A stretch of 64,000 bases of DNA from Callorhinchus milii (lineage: Eukaryota), in NCBI RefSeq assembly GCF_018977255.1, contig NW_024704742.1:82958001-83022000 (forward strand). Direction: 5' to 3'. The translations under genes and the position numbers were made by a program. A model generated the notes under the pieces. That model saw only the letters and a program-made list of their open reading frames with translations, searched no databases and was not told where the DNA came from. Below, piece after piece: positions 51,426 to 63,910 of the stretch. Position 1 is the first letter of the stretch. The number at the start of each line of letters is the position of its first letter.

Positions 51426-54400
51426 GCACTTACTTCTAGAGCAGTGTAAGCAGTGAGGACGGCAATATCCATCTGCCCTCTTAGCCTCAGAGAAAACAAT
51501 AGCTTTGAGGGAAAGACATACAATGCCAGAGAAGGAGAAAGGGAGATAATGGCCATCTTATTCCCCTTGCAGAAAGATAAATTCACCAAATCTTCACTGC
51601 AAAATGGTGGAAAGTTGTAATACCTTCACGGTGAGTTTGTTGCCAATAGCATTTGTTGTTCTGCTCCTAAACCAATCCCACATTTGAGGAATGGTGCAGC
51701 ACTTTTACAGTGTTTCTCTCAAGCTCCAGACTAGCTCCTTGCTGGATCATTTTACGGCATGGACATCACTTATGCTTTGTGTCAGAGCAGAAATTCAGAT
51801 CAAGCTATTCATTATTAACTATTCGAAGTTGCAGCATGAAATCATTTCTATAAATGATTTAACAGCACAAACGGCACACATTTTAACTCCCCAGTCCTTT
51901 GCAAAATGGATAGATTTGGCCCTTTTCAACAAGTAATAACTTTATATTTTGTAGATTTCAGCTTTCCTCAGAATTGTGCCTCTGCATTTTTTTTTGTCGC
52001 CTCAAATTACTAGCTGTCCATGTTCCCAGGAGGTCAGCATCATTGAAAAAATATCCTATCAGTAAAAAGGATGTCTGGTTGGAACAGATACATTGGAGCT
52101 ATAACCAGTGGACGAGGGAAACACGTATTGCTTCGACAATTGGGAACTGCGATTATCTTCAGTCTTCCTAGTGCTGTATAAGTGGCAATAGCTTCTGCTC
52201 CCCACGCTGGGACTCCTGCTGGACAGTGCATGTGCATGGAGGACTAATGAGAGAAGCATTAGGCTAAACTATAATCTTGCCCATGGTAAATGCCCACGTT
52301 TCGCTTTACAATATATTCTGTGAAATGCTTTGTGATGTCTCAATGACATGATAAGGCGCAATATCAAATGCAAGGATGATTGTTATTATTATTATATTAA
52401 GCCTGCCACTATAAAAATAATCCTCGCTTTTAATATAGCTGTTGGGAGGATGTCTCAAAACACTTTCAGAACATTTGCACTTGGCTGATGTATTTGCCTA
52501 CAGAATAAATTCCCTTCACTTTACATTTTATTTTTTACAGATCACAGTTCTCTTCCCTCCAAAGAGGGCATCCTTCCTTCCGCACTATACCCAATCCCCC
52601 ATTCGACCTCCTCGCTTCCTCTCCTAATGGACTGTGTGTAGTGAATCATGCAGCTCCACTGTTGCCGACAGCTCAACTAAGTGACCACCAACAGGCGATT
52701 TAGCTGGAATTCTTGCCACCCGAATAATGCTGCACCCATTGAGCATTCTCTTGCACCCTCACGCCTGCCTGTTCAGTGCGGAGACTGTATTGCTTTTTCC
52801 TTCCAAATGGGAACATGCAATTTCACAAAGCTTATGATCGACTTTTCAATTATCTTTATTGCACGTTTAGATTTGTGAGGAACTGGCGACATGAAACAAA
52901 AAGCTTTTATCAGCTCCAAATGAGCTGACCCCAGGTACTCCTTCCAAAATTGCTGTTGGCAGAATGGTTTATAGGAAAGCATCATGTAGGGCCATTATGA
53001 ACACAGCTCTTGGTCTTTGGCTATTGAGACTTAACCCCTCGATCAGACCTGAAAGTGTTTGGTTTTATTGTGGAAATCCTCTGAACTCCAGAAAGTTTTG
53101 ACTGCGTTGTTAGTGGATTAACTGGGTAGGTCCTTTTCGTATATAACTGACTTAATGAAGCTCATTAGAGGCAATAACCCAGAACACGATGAAATGTCAG
53201 GCCGCACAGATTGCCGGGAGAGAGAAAAACATTATTTGCATTTTACAAACAATTTTTGTGGAACATTGCTGTGCGCATTTGGCTGCTGCGTTTCGCCCAC
53301 GAAATATACAGTCACTCCACTTTACTGTGATAAGGAGCTATATCAAATGCAAGGATTATTATTTTATGGACTGAAGAGTTATGGAGAAAAGTAGGGATGG
53401 GGTGCTCTGTTCAAGAGGCAGTCTGATATCATTCCTGTTGGGGTTTAGTTTAAGTGTGAAGTTTTTATGTTTTTTAGAGGGGAATTGGAGGCACGAAAGC
53501 ATCTTTGCAGTTATCTGAACTAACCTTCTCCGACTCGCTTTGAAGAGATTCTGATGTTATTGTTTCCATTGCCATGGCAATTGCTAGTGGCATAAAAAGG
53601 AGCAAATATTTCCCTGAAATAATAAACACGAGCTAAAGGACAAGGTGAAGGGCTGATTGAAATGTTAATTTTGGCGTTTGGTAAGATTGGAAAATAAATC
53701 CAGAGTTGAGTCTGCTTCTGTGTTATCTTGCTTTAGAAAGGCCAAATGTCAAACTCCTCTGATTATGTTTAGGGTGAGGTAGTGCAGATGAGTTAGTTAA
53801 CAAAGGTAAAACACGTCTATCTCTGCTGTAGTCGTCTTGTTTTCTTAAATATTTTGTATTTCCTAAAAATAATAATAATCCTTCCATTTGATATAGCACA
53901 TTATCACATGGTTGAGATGTCTCAACGCACTTCACAGTATATATTGTAAAGTGGATTAATTGTGTATCTTGTAGGTGAAACATGGCAGCCAATTGTGCAC
54001 AGAAATGTCTCAAACAGTCGTGGATTGAATGACCAAATTTGAGTAACAGTGACGGCACCTTGAACCTTTTCCTGTTGAAGTTGCAGCATCATTCCCTGAT
54101 GTTCCTATGGTCTGATCCAGGTTCCCCTGAGTGCAGTTCTTCTCAGAGAGACATGATTGTCTGTGCCCGTCTCTGACCCACAGAGCATAGAGACACCAGT
54201 AGATCTAGTCATTACAGAAGAATCATCTCTTATTATTTCATTCCCTCCACCCAGAAACAAATAATGAAACATCTGCCAGGATCAGTACTTATAGTGAAGC
54301 AGTTTCTCTATTGTAGCAGTGTGACAGTGTATTACGTATCATGGGTGTGTTCGAGGTCCCCAGGTACTAGTTCAAACCTGCGAACCAAAGCCCTATTGGG

Positions 54401-54514
54401 TAGAGTGGTCCCAACTGGTCAAGCAGTGAATGGGAAGCTTGCTAGATAGTGCTTACAATGGCAAACTATGAGGTTTTAGCTGGTTAAATTACAGCGGTAC
54501 CACAATGAACTCTA

Positions 54515-54850
54515 GGTTTTCAGTCTTGAGAACAGATGTCTCAGAGGGAACCTCATAGAGGTGTATGAACTTTTAAACGGGATTGAAAAAGTAAACTCGG
54601 AACAATAATTTTGGATACACCAAGACAGAAGGACAAGAAGATACGGGTCAGGACATTTTTTTTACTCCGAGGATAATTAATGAGTGCAACAGGTTGCCAG
54701 GAAAAGTGATTGAGGCCAGAACACTGGATTCATTTAAAAAAAATAACTTGATGCTGCTGTAAAGGGAGGAAGGTGGAGAGAATGTTCTGGAAGGATGAGA
54801 TCAGATGAGCTGAAGGGACTTCTTCATCCAGACCAATCTTGTAATTTTGT
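54515..54850 (+). mobile_element. CR1-clade LINE 3' end
   Basis: Degenerate FSLE.R.LRG.LIEVY...NGIEKV segment, then a 3' UTR ggatgagatcagatg...catccagaccaatcttgt. Shorter copies at ~55317-55390 (-), ~58288-58392 (+) and ~44030-44075 (-). Confidence 0.7.
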
Positions 54851-55879
54851 GGTTGTACATTGAGCTGGAAGTTGGCCAATTTTTTTCTTTGGAGCACAGA
54901 AACTGGCCGGCCTGCAGGCAGTGAGTCATTCGTCTGGTTAGTAACACCCGGTAGCACACCTCACTATTGCGCGGGATTGGATCTTAGGAACTCAAGCACT
55001 GCATTACAACGAGACTCCACTGTGTTCAATTGGGGCATCATTTATCCTTTGAAAGCCAAACCCGATTCACTTCAAAGAACTATTCAATATATTTGGTTTG
55101 TTGGGTGAGGGGGAGGGGGGGGTGGACCCCTGCACCTGTCCCATGGCATTGTTTATGATGCCAGAAAAATTACTGCCAACAAACTCCTGTCGATCACAAC
55201 TTTGATGTGAATGGAACCTCAGAGAGAAACCTGAAACAATCGGCATTTTTTAAGCAAACGTCTGCCAGCCTTTATCCTTTCAGTCTCAAGAAAGCAGCAA
55301 AATAAGGCAGTTTGATTTCACAAGATCACAAGATTAGATCGGATGAAGAAGGCCCTTTGGCCCATTTTGATCTCATCCTTCCAGAATAACCCACATGCTT
55401 TACTGGCCTTCCACCACAGCAATATTTTAACCAGTCCAGCATTCTGACCTTGATGAACCTTCCTGACAAAACTTAAAATTATTACAGATAGAAGACAATA
55501 TAAAATACACACGTAAACTCAGGCACCCGTGCACCAGCTACATCAGGAAATGTTCACTGTCAAAAATGGTCGCTGAATTTTACAGGATCCCATATATTTT
55601 GTATGAGAAGAATTCTCTCTGTATGGAAACACTGAGCTCCTGAATAAATCTTGTCCTCTGCCGTTAATGCCTATTTTATTGCCGTGAGCCATGCTGATAG
55701 AGCCGTGTTTGCAATGTACAGGTGCAAGCAAAAGATTTAAATCTGTCTTTTCAGATTAACACCGTGTTTTAATGGGAAACATTCACCGAATCCCATCTAA
55801 AATCCTTTAAAACTTGTGTTTTGGGTGCTCCCAATTGTAATTGCTGTGTGCAGTATTTGAATGTAGATGAAGTAATGGC

Positions 55880-56295
55880 ATCAGCCTGGCTCAGTTGGTA
55901 GCACTCTTACCTCTTAGTCAGAAGATTGTGAGTGCAGCACACAACCTGCACTTCAAACTCACAGGCTGACAATCTGGAGTGTACTAAATTGTTGGAGGTG
56001 CCATTCTTCAGATGAGATGTTAAAACCAAGCTCCCAATTACCTGTTCGGGTGGATGTTTAAGATCCCATGGCTCTATTCAAAACCAGAAGAAAGTTTTCC
56101 TCGATGTCTTGGCCAACAATCCTTCCAGATAAAATGAACCATTTGTATCATGGCTGCTATGGGACAATGCTGTGAGCAAACTGGCTGCCACTTTCACCTA
56201 CAAATACAGTTACTAGACTTCACAGTAAATTCCGTGAAACGCTTTGAGATGTCTTCCTGTCGAAAAAGATACTACATCAAATGCAAGAATCATTA
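55880..56295 (+). mobile_element. Near full-length Deu-domain SINE (SacSINE1/AmnSINE-like)
   Basis: Head tcagcctggctcagttggtagcactcttacctc..agtcagaag, Deu-like core ggaggtgccattcttcagatgagatgttaaa...ggtggatgtttaagatcccatggctctatt, L2-type tail. Family assignment is from recalled consensus. Confidence 0.82.
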
Positions 56296-58793
56296 CCTTT
56301 GTCATGTGGAATAGGAGTGGATGGGACTCAAGAAGTGGTAAAAGGGGGGCAGCTGGGGAGCAAAATTGCACCACAGTTTGGATTTATTCTATGTAACATT
56401 TCAGTAAACTAAATGTGGCAAATTGTTGAAACAGTCTAAACTGTGTAGCCACATTTCTTTAGTTCTTTATTTACAGAGAACTGGTTATAAAATTAAGGCT
56501 GCATTAGGAATTTGCAAAATTCTACTCGCTCTAAAGTGTTGCATAAATAGAGTAGATTGAGACTTAAGTGGAATTTCATCCCATTTTAAAATAGCATGTG
56601 GCCCTGAAAATGCCATTCAGTGTCACTCAGCGCAACTCTTTTTGAGATAGTAGTTGGTAGAGACAGTAGCCTTGGGCTTTGTTTTTGCAATAATATGTCT
56701 AATTTACTGTGTTAGAATGAGTGTGTTGTGAGCAGGCCTTTACAGAAAAGGTTGGTTCCCATTCAAAATGGTGCCATAAGTCTGATGTGCTTTTTTAATA
56801 CAATATAATTTACATTGATATAGCGCCTTTCACTTCAGGAGGAAATCTCAAAGTGTCCCACTGGGCTTCCGAGCCAGGGGTAGGATCTGAAGAGGGTGGG
56901 GAGGGGAAGGTTGACTGAACGCGCAGCAAAGTGGTCAGGCGTGAGGAGAGCTTTGAACCTGGGAACATGAACAGGCTGAAATTCCAGTTGACGTTTTGAT
57001 TAACATCCTTGACCATGCACAATTGTAATTGGGGGAATCCCATGAGAAGACAACATTGGCAAAGATGCTGCATTGAACGTAGAGCAGTTTATCCCAGGAA
57101 TGAGTGACGTTGGCGTGAGATATACCAGCCTCAAATACCATCCATTTTCAGAGGTGTTTTAACTCTGCAGTGTGAATGCCCAGCCCGGATGCCAGAGGCT
57201 CTCACGCTACTCCCTTTCAGAGCTGGGAGGAAGGACCCTCTGCGGAAGAGCTCAGCCAGGTGTGAAACATTTCACATACATCAGCGATAGCTCTCAGCAT
57301 GTGTGTGTATGTCAAAAAAAACTGGGCAGTACTCGATTATCACTGTGCTTGTTTCCATTGGTGATGACAGCTGCCGTGTGTCTGAGAACAGAATGCCTGG
57401 TTAAACAGGGTAGTTGCTGGATGTTGCCATCTCGTGTCAGCAGGCTGTATGGATGTGTTACAACAGCTTTACGAATGCATTCGTACTCCATCCTGGCACA
57501 ACATGACGACGTCCCAGGGCTTACCCTGTTTGACCACGTCTACACTGTGAACGCCTTCTGAATTTCCCTGCCGAGCCTCTGAGCCTGGCATCGTGCATGG
57601 CAGAAATTCCACAAGAATAAGCACGCTTACACCATTTTTGCAAGATGCTTGTGTCTACTGAGCGAACCCAGTGTTGACTTAAAAAGCCGGTGGCATTATT
57701 ACTTCAAACAGAAAGGTCTGGCAGGTCAGCGGTTAGCCTTGCTTAAGGAGAATAAAATTATGTGCAGAAATTGCTGCAACACCTCAAGGGTATACTTGAT
57801 GTTGAAATATAGAGGCTCTGTGCTTTTATGTCACGGCCTATGTAGAAAACAATCTCCGCTGATATGCTACAAGGGCATAATGGCCCACACTGCAGTATGC
57901 ACATTGGTTTAGCAGCATGAAGCACACTTTAGTCCTTTTAAATGTAACTCTGCTTTATGATCTGTTTCTTTGCCCATCAGTATTATTTTGACCTTGGGCG
58001 TGAAACAGGCAAGCTTTTGCACTGGGTAGTGTCTGCTCATGGGAAGCATCCACCATTATGCAGCTTCACGGCTAAAACAAACAGAGAAATGTCAAAGTTG
58101 GAGAGTTTCTGGCAGGAGCATTCAATCAAAGTCCACCTCCCCGGGAAAATACAGAATCAAGAAGACATCCGTGTGACCTTTATCCCTTTGTTGCTACAGT
58201 AAAGCTGTCTTGAGTTCTGTTGCCATGAGTTCGGTTGATGCTGTTAGCCTCAGCCCCTCCAGATGTGTCCTCTCCACAGTAAGTGACTAAGGACTCATTT
58301 AAAAAGCAGCTCGATGCTGTAATGAGGGGGTCGGTGTTCCGGAAGAGTGAGATCAGATAAGCCGAAGGGCCTTTTTCTTCCAGACCAATTCTGGGATTTA
58401 GGGATTAGGGGAAAGTGAGTCCTGTAAATGGGATGATTCTACTGGGATTAAATGTGGCATGTGATACTATCACCAGTGATACTACCACACTCTGCATTTT
58501 CTCTCTTCCACCCCATCTTCGATTAACATCTCATTTGAAGGATGCCACAATACATTCCCCAACAATAACGGTGGACTTGAACCCACAACCCTCTGACTCA
58601 GAGGCGAGAGTGTAACAAACTGAGCCAGGCTGACACCAGTAGCCCTGTGCTGTGTTTTAGCACATGCTTAGTGCAAACATTGGAGTGTAACAAGGACATG
58701 ACTCGTCAACTTTGTCCTGTTTCAAAGTGGTCCACGCTCGTTTTGCTCCTAAATGCAAAGAAAGATCTGTATAAACTGTTTAGAGACTCTGTC

Positions 58794-58807
58794 GTTTCCA
58801 TAGCAAC
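58794..58807. promoter_or_regulatory. Candidate RFX X-box
   Basis: GTTTCCATAGCAAC matches the RFX consensus GTTNCCATRGNAAC and lies outside recognised repeats. Confidence 0.35.
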
Positions 58808-58967
58808 GTTTATTCGGTAGATTCACCGGACCACAACTGTTGCATTATTGAATCCACCAGAGTAAGATGGGAATGTTTTACAGAATGTTTTTAAGATCTG
58901 GACTGTGACCAGAGAGGAGGATGTCACAACCGATAGCATTCAAACAGTCATCATACCGTACTCAGTG

Positions 58968-59190
58968 ATGGGAGAGAAGATGAGGAGAAGGGAGGGGAGC
59001 GGGGAGGAGTGGAGAGCAGAGAGAAAGGTGAGGGGAGAGGAGGGTTATGAGAGAGGGAAGGGGAGAGGAGAGGGAAAGGGAGAAAGGATAGAGCAGACAA
59101 ATAGGAAACAGAGGTAATTGGGGATTGGGAAAGAGGGAAGGGAATGGAATTAGGAAACAGGGAAGGACAGATGAGTAGAGAGGGAAGAAG
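58968..59190 (+). repeat. GA-rich polypurine low-complexity tract
   Basis: Strongly purine-biased (G/A) over ~220 nt. Confidence 0.75.
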
Positions 59191-59949
59191 TGGATTGGTT
59201 TATCTCTTTCATCATTAATCTGCAAAATCTCCATTGGACTTCCAGCAGATTGGACAAATCAGGCCAATTGAATAGCTGTGCTGTAACCCTCCCAGTGCCC
59301 TCCCCAACCCCCTCCTCCGCCTTGCAGCAAAGTAACTGGAGCAGAATAATAGCCAGATCCCACCCTGTGTGTTGGAAACCTGCCAGGCAAGTGCGATGGC
59401 AGCCCCATGCTCTAGGTTGTCGGTGTCTGATTCATGAATGCCTGTGACTGGGAAGATATTAGAGAATCTACCCTGCACTGAACATGTGGCTTACATCGTG
59501 ACTGGGGCCATAAACCAGACGGTCAATTTTCAAATCACTTGCTTTTGAACTAACCATTTTCCATTGACTGATTATACGTACAATAACTATCAAAAAATGC
59601 AATGACACACGGAATGCGGCACCATAAAACCTTCAAGGGCTGTGCTCTCTGTATATATGTGCAAGTATGCACATAGAAAGGCACTTACAAATTGTGAGTT
59701 TTTTTTATCATGCACATCCAAGAGCTTCATATTCCATCCATGCTTCCCACATGGGTGCAGCTTTTCTCACATAATGGTGCAGCCTATTAACTCTATATCT
59801 CATCGTTCCTATTAATGTTGAGTCAGGAATATTTTATGTGACATTTACATGTTTGCCTATCAAATGTTCACTCATCTAAAGCAGCTGCTCTCAACCTTCA
59901 CAACTGGCACAGAATGAGTTTTACTCTGTTTTTACTTTTCTGTATTTAT

Positions 59950-60365
59950 AATAACAATAATGTTTGCATTTGATATAGTATGCCATCACATCATAGATAC
60001 ATCTCAAAGAGTCTTGATAGGATTTATGGTAGAGTGTATTTTGTAGGCAAATTCGGCAGCCAGTTTGCACACAACAAAGCTGCGCAAATAAGCATGAAGT
60101 GAATGATTACTTTTATTTGGAGATTGTTGGCAGAAACTCCCTTTTCTTTTTGAATAGTGCTGTGGGACCTTTAACTTCCACTTGAACAAACAGATGGGAT
60201 CTTGGTTTAAAATCTCATCTGAAGAACGGCACCTCCAACAATGCAGCACTCCCCCAGCACAGCACTGGAGTGTCAGCCGAGACTGTGAGTTCAAGGTCCT
60301 GAAATAGGGCTTGAACCTACAGCTTTCTGACTCAGAGAAGAGAGCACAACCAGCTGAGCCAGGCA
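59950..60365 (-). mobile_element. Near full-length Deu-domain SINE
   Basis: Reverse complement has the head, Deu core (gctgacactccagtgctgtgctgggggagtgctgcattgttggaggtgccgttcttcagatgag) and tail. Confidence 0.82.
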
Positions 60366-60649
60366 TTTCTCTCATAAACTGAACAAACACAGATAAACAA
60401 GAGACATTAAAGCGAGAGCTGGCTCCTGTTTCACACACTTGGCGGAAATTAATTATGTATTTTTTGTGCTGAACCGCTGAACGGAAAAGCTTGTATCCAG
60501 ATATATCTGAGATTGGAATGGAACAATATGTTCAAACAGTCCGCAAAGCAATGTTCGGGCCTTTAATCTAACGCAAACAACTGTTTTCTTTCCACTTTCC
60601 ATGTGGAAGCATTTACTGAAAAATAATGTTTTGAAATCTAAGACCCATT

Positions 60650-60995
60650 TTTATTTGGTCATCCGTGTGTCTGACACATGCAGAAACCCATCACCATGGT
60701 TAAGAGTATCCAAACCAAACTGAGAATTCCATGTATCCCACCTAAACATGGAAACTCCAGAGAAATACATTGGATAAGAATGCGCAACCTCTCGCTGGAG
60801 GGACATAATCCTGCTTACCTAATTCTAGAAAGTATTAGGTTCGGGTTGGTAAGAGCCAAGGCTTGGGGTCCCAAGAGTGTGCATTGGGGTACTGCTGGAG
60901 TTTAACCAGCTAAAACCGCATAGCTTGCCATTGATATCGCTGTCCTGTCCAGCTAGGAGCACCCTACCCATTAGTGCATTAGCGTTAGCGAATGC
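60650..60995 (-). mobile_element. Copy of a second, unclassified interspersed repeat ('family B')
   Basis: Shares blocks (cagaaacccatcaccatg..aagagtatccaaac; gcttacctaattc.ag..agtattagg; gcatagcttgccattga) with 37215-37530, 38090-38290, 38810-39047, 31880-32140 and 54360-54512. Confidence 0.75.
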
Positions 60996-63714
60996 AAAGA
61001 TTATTTATTTTTATGATAATTTATTCCCTCTCGATTTTCCAGCTACTACAAATCAGTTAGAAAACATGCATGCAGGTCAGTTCAGAACAGCAGTGAAGCT
61101 GTAAATCTATTATTTGAAACCACAGCGAGTTGCAGAATTTATTTGCCTGTGTAAAAAAAAGCGCCTCCCAAGGCTGTCAGCCGATCGAGATTTTTGATGA
61201 CCTTCTCACACAGGTAGCTACAGATAAGATTTTCTTTTAGCCAAGTGAATGTCAGAGAAATATCTAAAAAAAAATGAGGCAGTTTATTTAAATGCTAATA
61301 AACGGGCGTTCCGCTTGGTTCCACACAAGGGACTTCACACCTCAAAAAAAAAATGGCTCTTAGATTTAAAAACATTTTGGTTCCACTCGCAGTGTTGTGG
61401 TCAAGATGTTCACATTGTTGTGCCCTGCCCTTTAACTGATGCAGCTCCCATTTTTCTCAAAGCTGCCACTGAGAGTTGTGGCAATTCTTTACACTGTGAC
61501 TGGGGCAATGACCACAGATGCTAGCTCCCCTTTGCCTCCTCCCCCCCCCCCCCCCCCCCCAAGCAATGATCCTGATTTTTCCAAAGTCCTGTCTTTTGAC
61601 TTTGCCAGAAGGCGAAGCTTTCACATTGCATACAAAGCATTTTGTCAGATTGTCAGAGCAGACAGCTTTTATCTGAGGCATATTAGACATCTAGAATTGA
61701 CATCTGCCTTCTAGTTAAGTTCCAAATACCTGTCATCATTTTTTTTCAATAAATGTGCAGTTTATTGGCTGCCGCGTTCGCCCACAAATATACAGTCAAT
61801 TCACTTTACAGTGTGTTCTGTGAAGCGCTTTGGGGTGTCCTCCTGACATGAAAAGTGCTATATCAAATGCAAGGATTATTATTATTATTATTATTAGTAG
61901 TAATTGGTTTATGGCTCATTATATGTGTTGGGATTTTTTCACATTCTGGTTGCCTTCACCACTGTGTGCAGAGAGATCTGTTGAACCTTCAGTGGTTGCA
62001 TTAAATCAAAGTCACACCAAGCCTTGCAAGAGCGCTTAATGGTGCATTGGACACACATTGTCGCATCTGTTACTCAGCTGGGTGGATGGAAATAATCTTG
62101 AACTGGAGCCTTAGACAGCACGTATGTCAAGCTTCTTCCTCAACTCAGTGCGATCTTCAGGTTATCACGGGATACCCGTAGTCAATTCCTAAAGTACGTG
62201 AGGTGAGAAGTCCCTTATGCTGCGAAGGGCCATCAACTTAGATTTTGGTCAGCCGGATATCGTGCAGAAACCCATCACCAGGTCTTAGCGATGGTTTGGC
62301 TCGTGGCAGCTTCACTAAGCTGTGCATACGCTGACCAAAAGGAAAGCCTATCATTGTTCGGTATAAATGTGCCAGAAGTAGTTCACATTGCAATGGTAGT
62401 GGTGGTGGGGGATTGAATTATCAACAAGTCTGAAATGCTTACTGTCAAAAAAATACTGTCAATATGTGCATGGGCTCTACAAATAAACATCACTCAGCTC
62501 TGTAACAGGGAAAGTACTCCTGAGCCGGGGGGGGGTAAGAACACAGGAAATGTGGAATGCATTGTCCGAGAGTTAGACAACACTCTGCTTTGTTTGGTTT
62601 GACTGTTGAAAGCTTTGGAAAAGAGGAGTGCGTGCAGTTGTTGTTTTTTAACTGTTGTAGTGCCGGCGTAAAGTTCTGGTTGTACCGCAGACTGGCTTGT
62701 CTGCTCTTGTTTTGTTCCCATTGCTGTCAACAACCAGCCTTTTTGTTAATCTGATATTTGCTAATCTGGCAGTTGACTGCGCTTTTGAAGGTCTTGGTGC
62801 CTGGCGCTGGGTCTAAAACATTTGAGCACTTTGTCATTCCGGTGGGATTGTCCCCTTGACCAACTTTTATGAAGCGGAGCATAACCCCGTCCAGGGCCAA
62901 ACTGCTACCCATGTTACTGCACTGTGTAGTTGTTTGGCTGTGCAGCCACACATCAAACATAGCACAGCACACAGCTGCGGAATTTAGGATTGCATTTGTA
63001 CACATGCTTCACTACACCAAACGCAAGTGTGGCATCGAATCAGAACAGATAGGAAGTCAGAACTTGTATCCTTCCAGGCCCTTCACTGACACAACACATA
63101 ATAATCATAATCCTTGCATTTGATATAGCGTCTTTCATGTCGGGATGATGTCTCAAAGCGCTTCACACGATTTACTGTAAAGTGCCGTGACTGTATATTT
63201 TGTAGGCAAAAGTATCTAGATTTTAACCAAACGCAGACTGGTGGTATTGGCGTAAATGTAGATTTATATAGCAACACAAATAACTGTTGGACCAAGAGAG
63301 CTGGGAGTAACTTTGTTGTCAGTGTTGAGGGGGAGAATTTCTATGTGCGTCGGAACGAGACCTTATGCTCTCTTTTTATGGCTTCGCGGGCATTTAGCAA
63401 TGAACACATGGCTTGGGCTTTACAGTACATTCAGTTGAACGCATTGAGTTGGCTGGACGACTAGATCAAATGCAAGATTTATTATTATTATTATCTTCTT
63501 GTGACTAGAAGCTGTAGAGAGTCAGCTCAGGTTTTCTACAAGATTGCAACTGCCATCAGATTGCTAAAAAAAAACAGGTTTCTGAGCACATTTCACAATG
63601 TAAATAATAATAATAATCCTTGCATTTGATATAGCATTTTTCAAGTCTTATCGACGTCTCAAAGCACTTCACAGAATAGACTGTAAAGTGAATTGACTTT
63701 ATTAGTTATTTATT

Positions 63715-63910
63715 CGGAGGTGGTGGTAGGCAGTGCCGGTCATGGCGAGGATGTGGGGGAGAAAGGATAGTTCGGGGTCAAACAATGGCATGAAACTGTG
63801 TTGTGTTACCCTGATTTGGTCCAGTGCAGTTTCATGCCATTGTTTGACCCTGAACTGTCCTTTCTCTCCCACATCCACGCCATGACCGGCACTGCCTACC
63901 ACCACCTCCG
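63715..63910. repeat. Inverted repeat: 84-bp arms (63715-63798 and 63827-63910), 28-nt spacer
   Basis: The reverse complement of arm 1 differs from arm 2 at 4 of 84 positions, checked by eye. Confidence 0.92.

Larger units (their letters stand above)
3735..63698. repeat. Additional dispersed 3' fragments of the SINE/L2 tail (collective entry)
   Basis: Approximate copies: 3735-3940+, 5625-5740+, 7805-7898+, 14195-14450-, 15805-15945-, 17965-18130-, 26335-26500-, 28185-28280-, 36940-37015-, 39625-39770-, 40285-40470+, 41900-42075+, 42615-42740+, 45525-45640-, 47600-47810+, 48075-48240-, 52295-52395+, 53250-53365+, 53870-54035-, 56805-56960-, 58520-58637-, 61765-61897+, 63100-63210-, 63602-63698-. 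Most share gtgaagcgctttgagacgtc...ggcgctatat(c)aaatgcaag; 47600-47810 and 58520-58637 carry Deu core or head sequence instead. Confidence 0.8.

Noticed and set aside
60004..60438. 144-aa minus-strand ORF
   Set aside because: Lies almost wholly within a Deu SINE copy.
61541..61560. Poly-C runs (also 6412-6428) as functional G-quadruplexes
   Set aside because: Simple homopolymers with uncertain assembled length and no supporting context.
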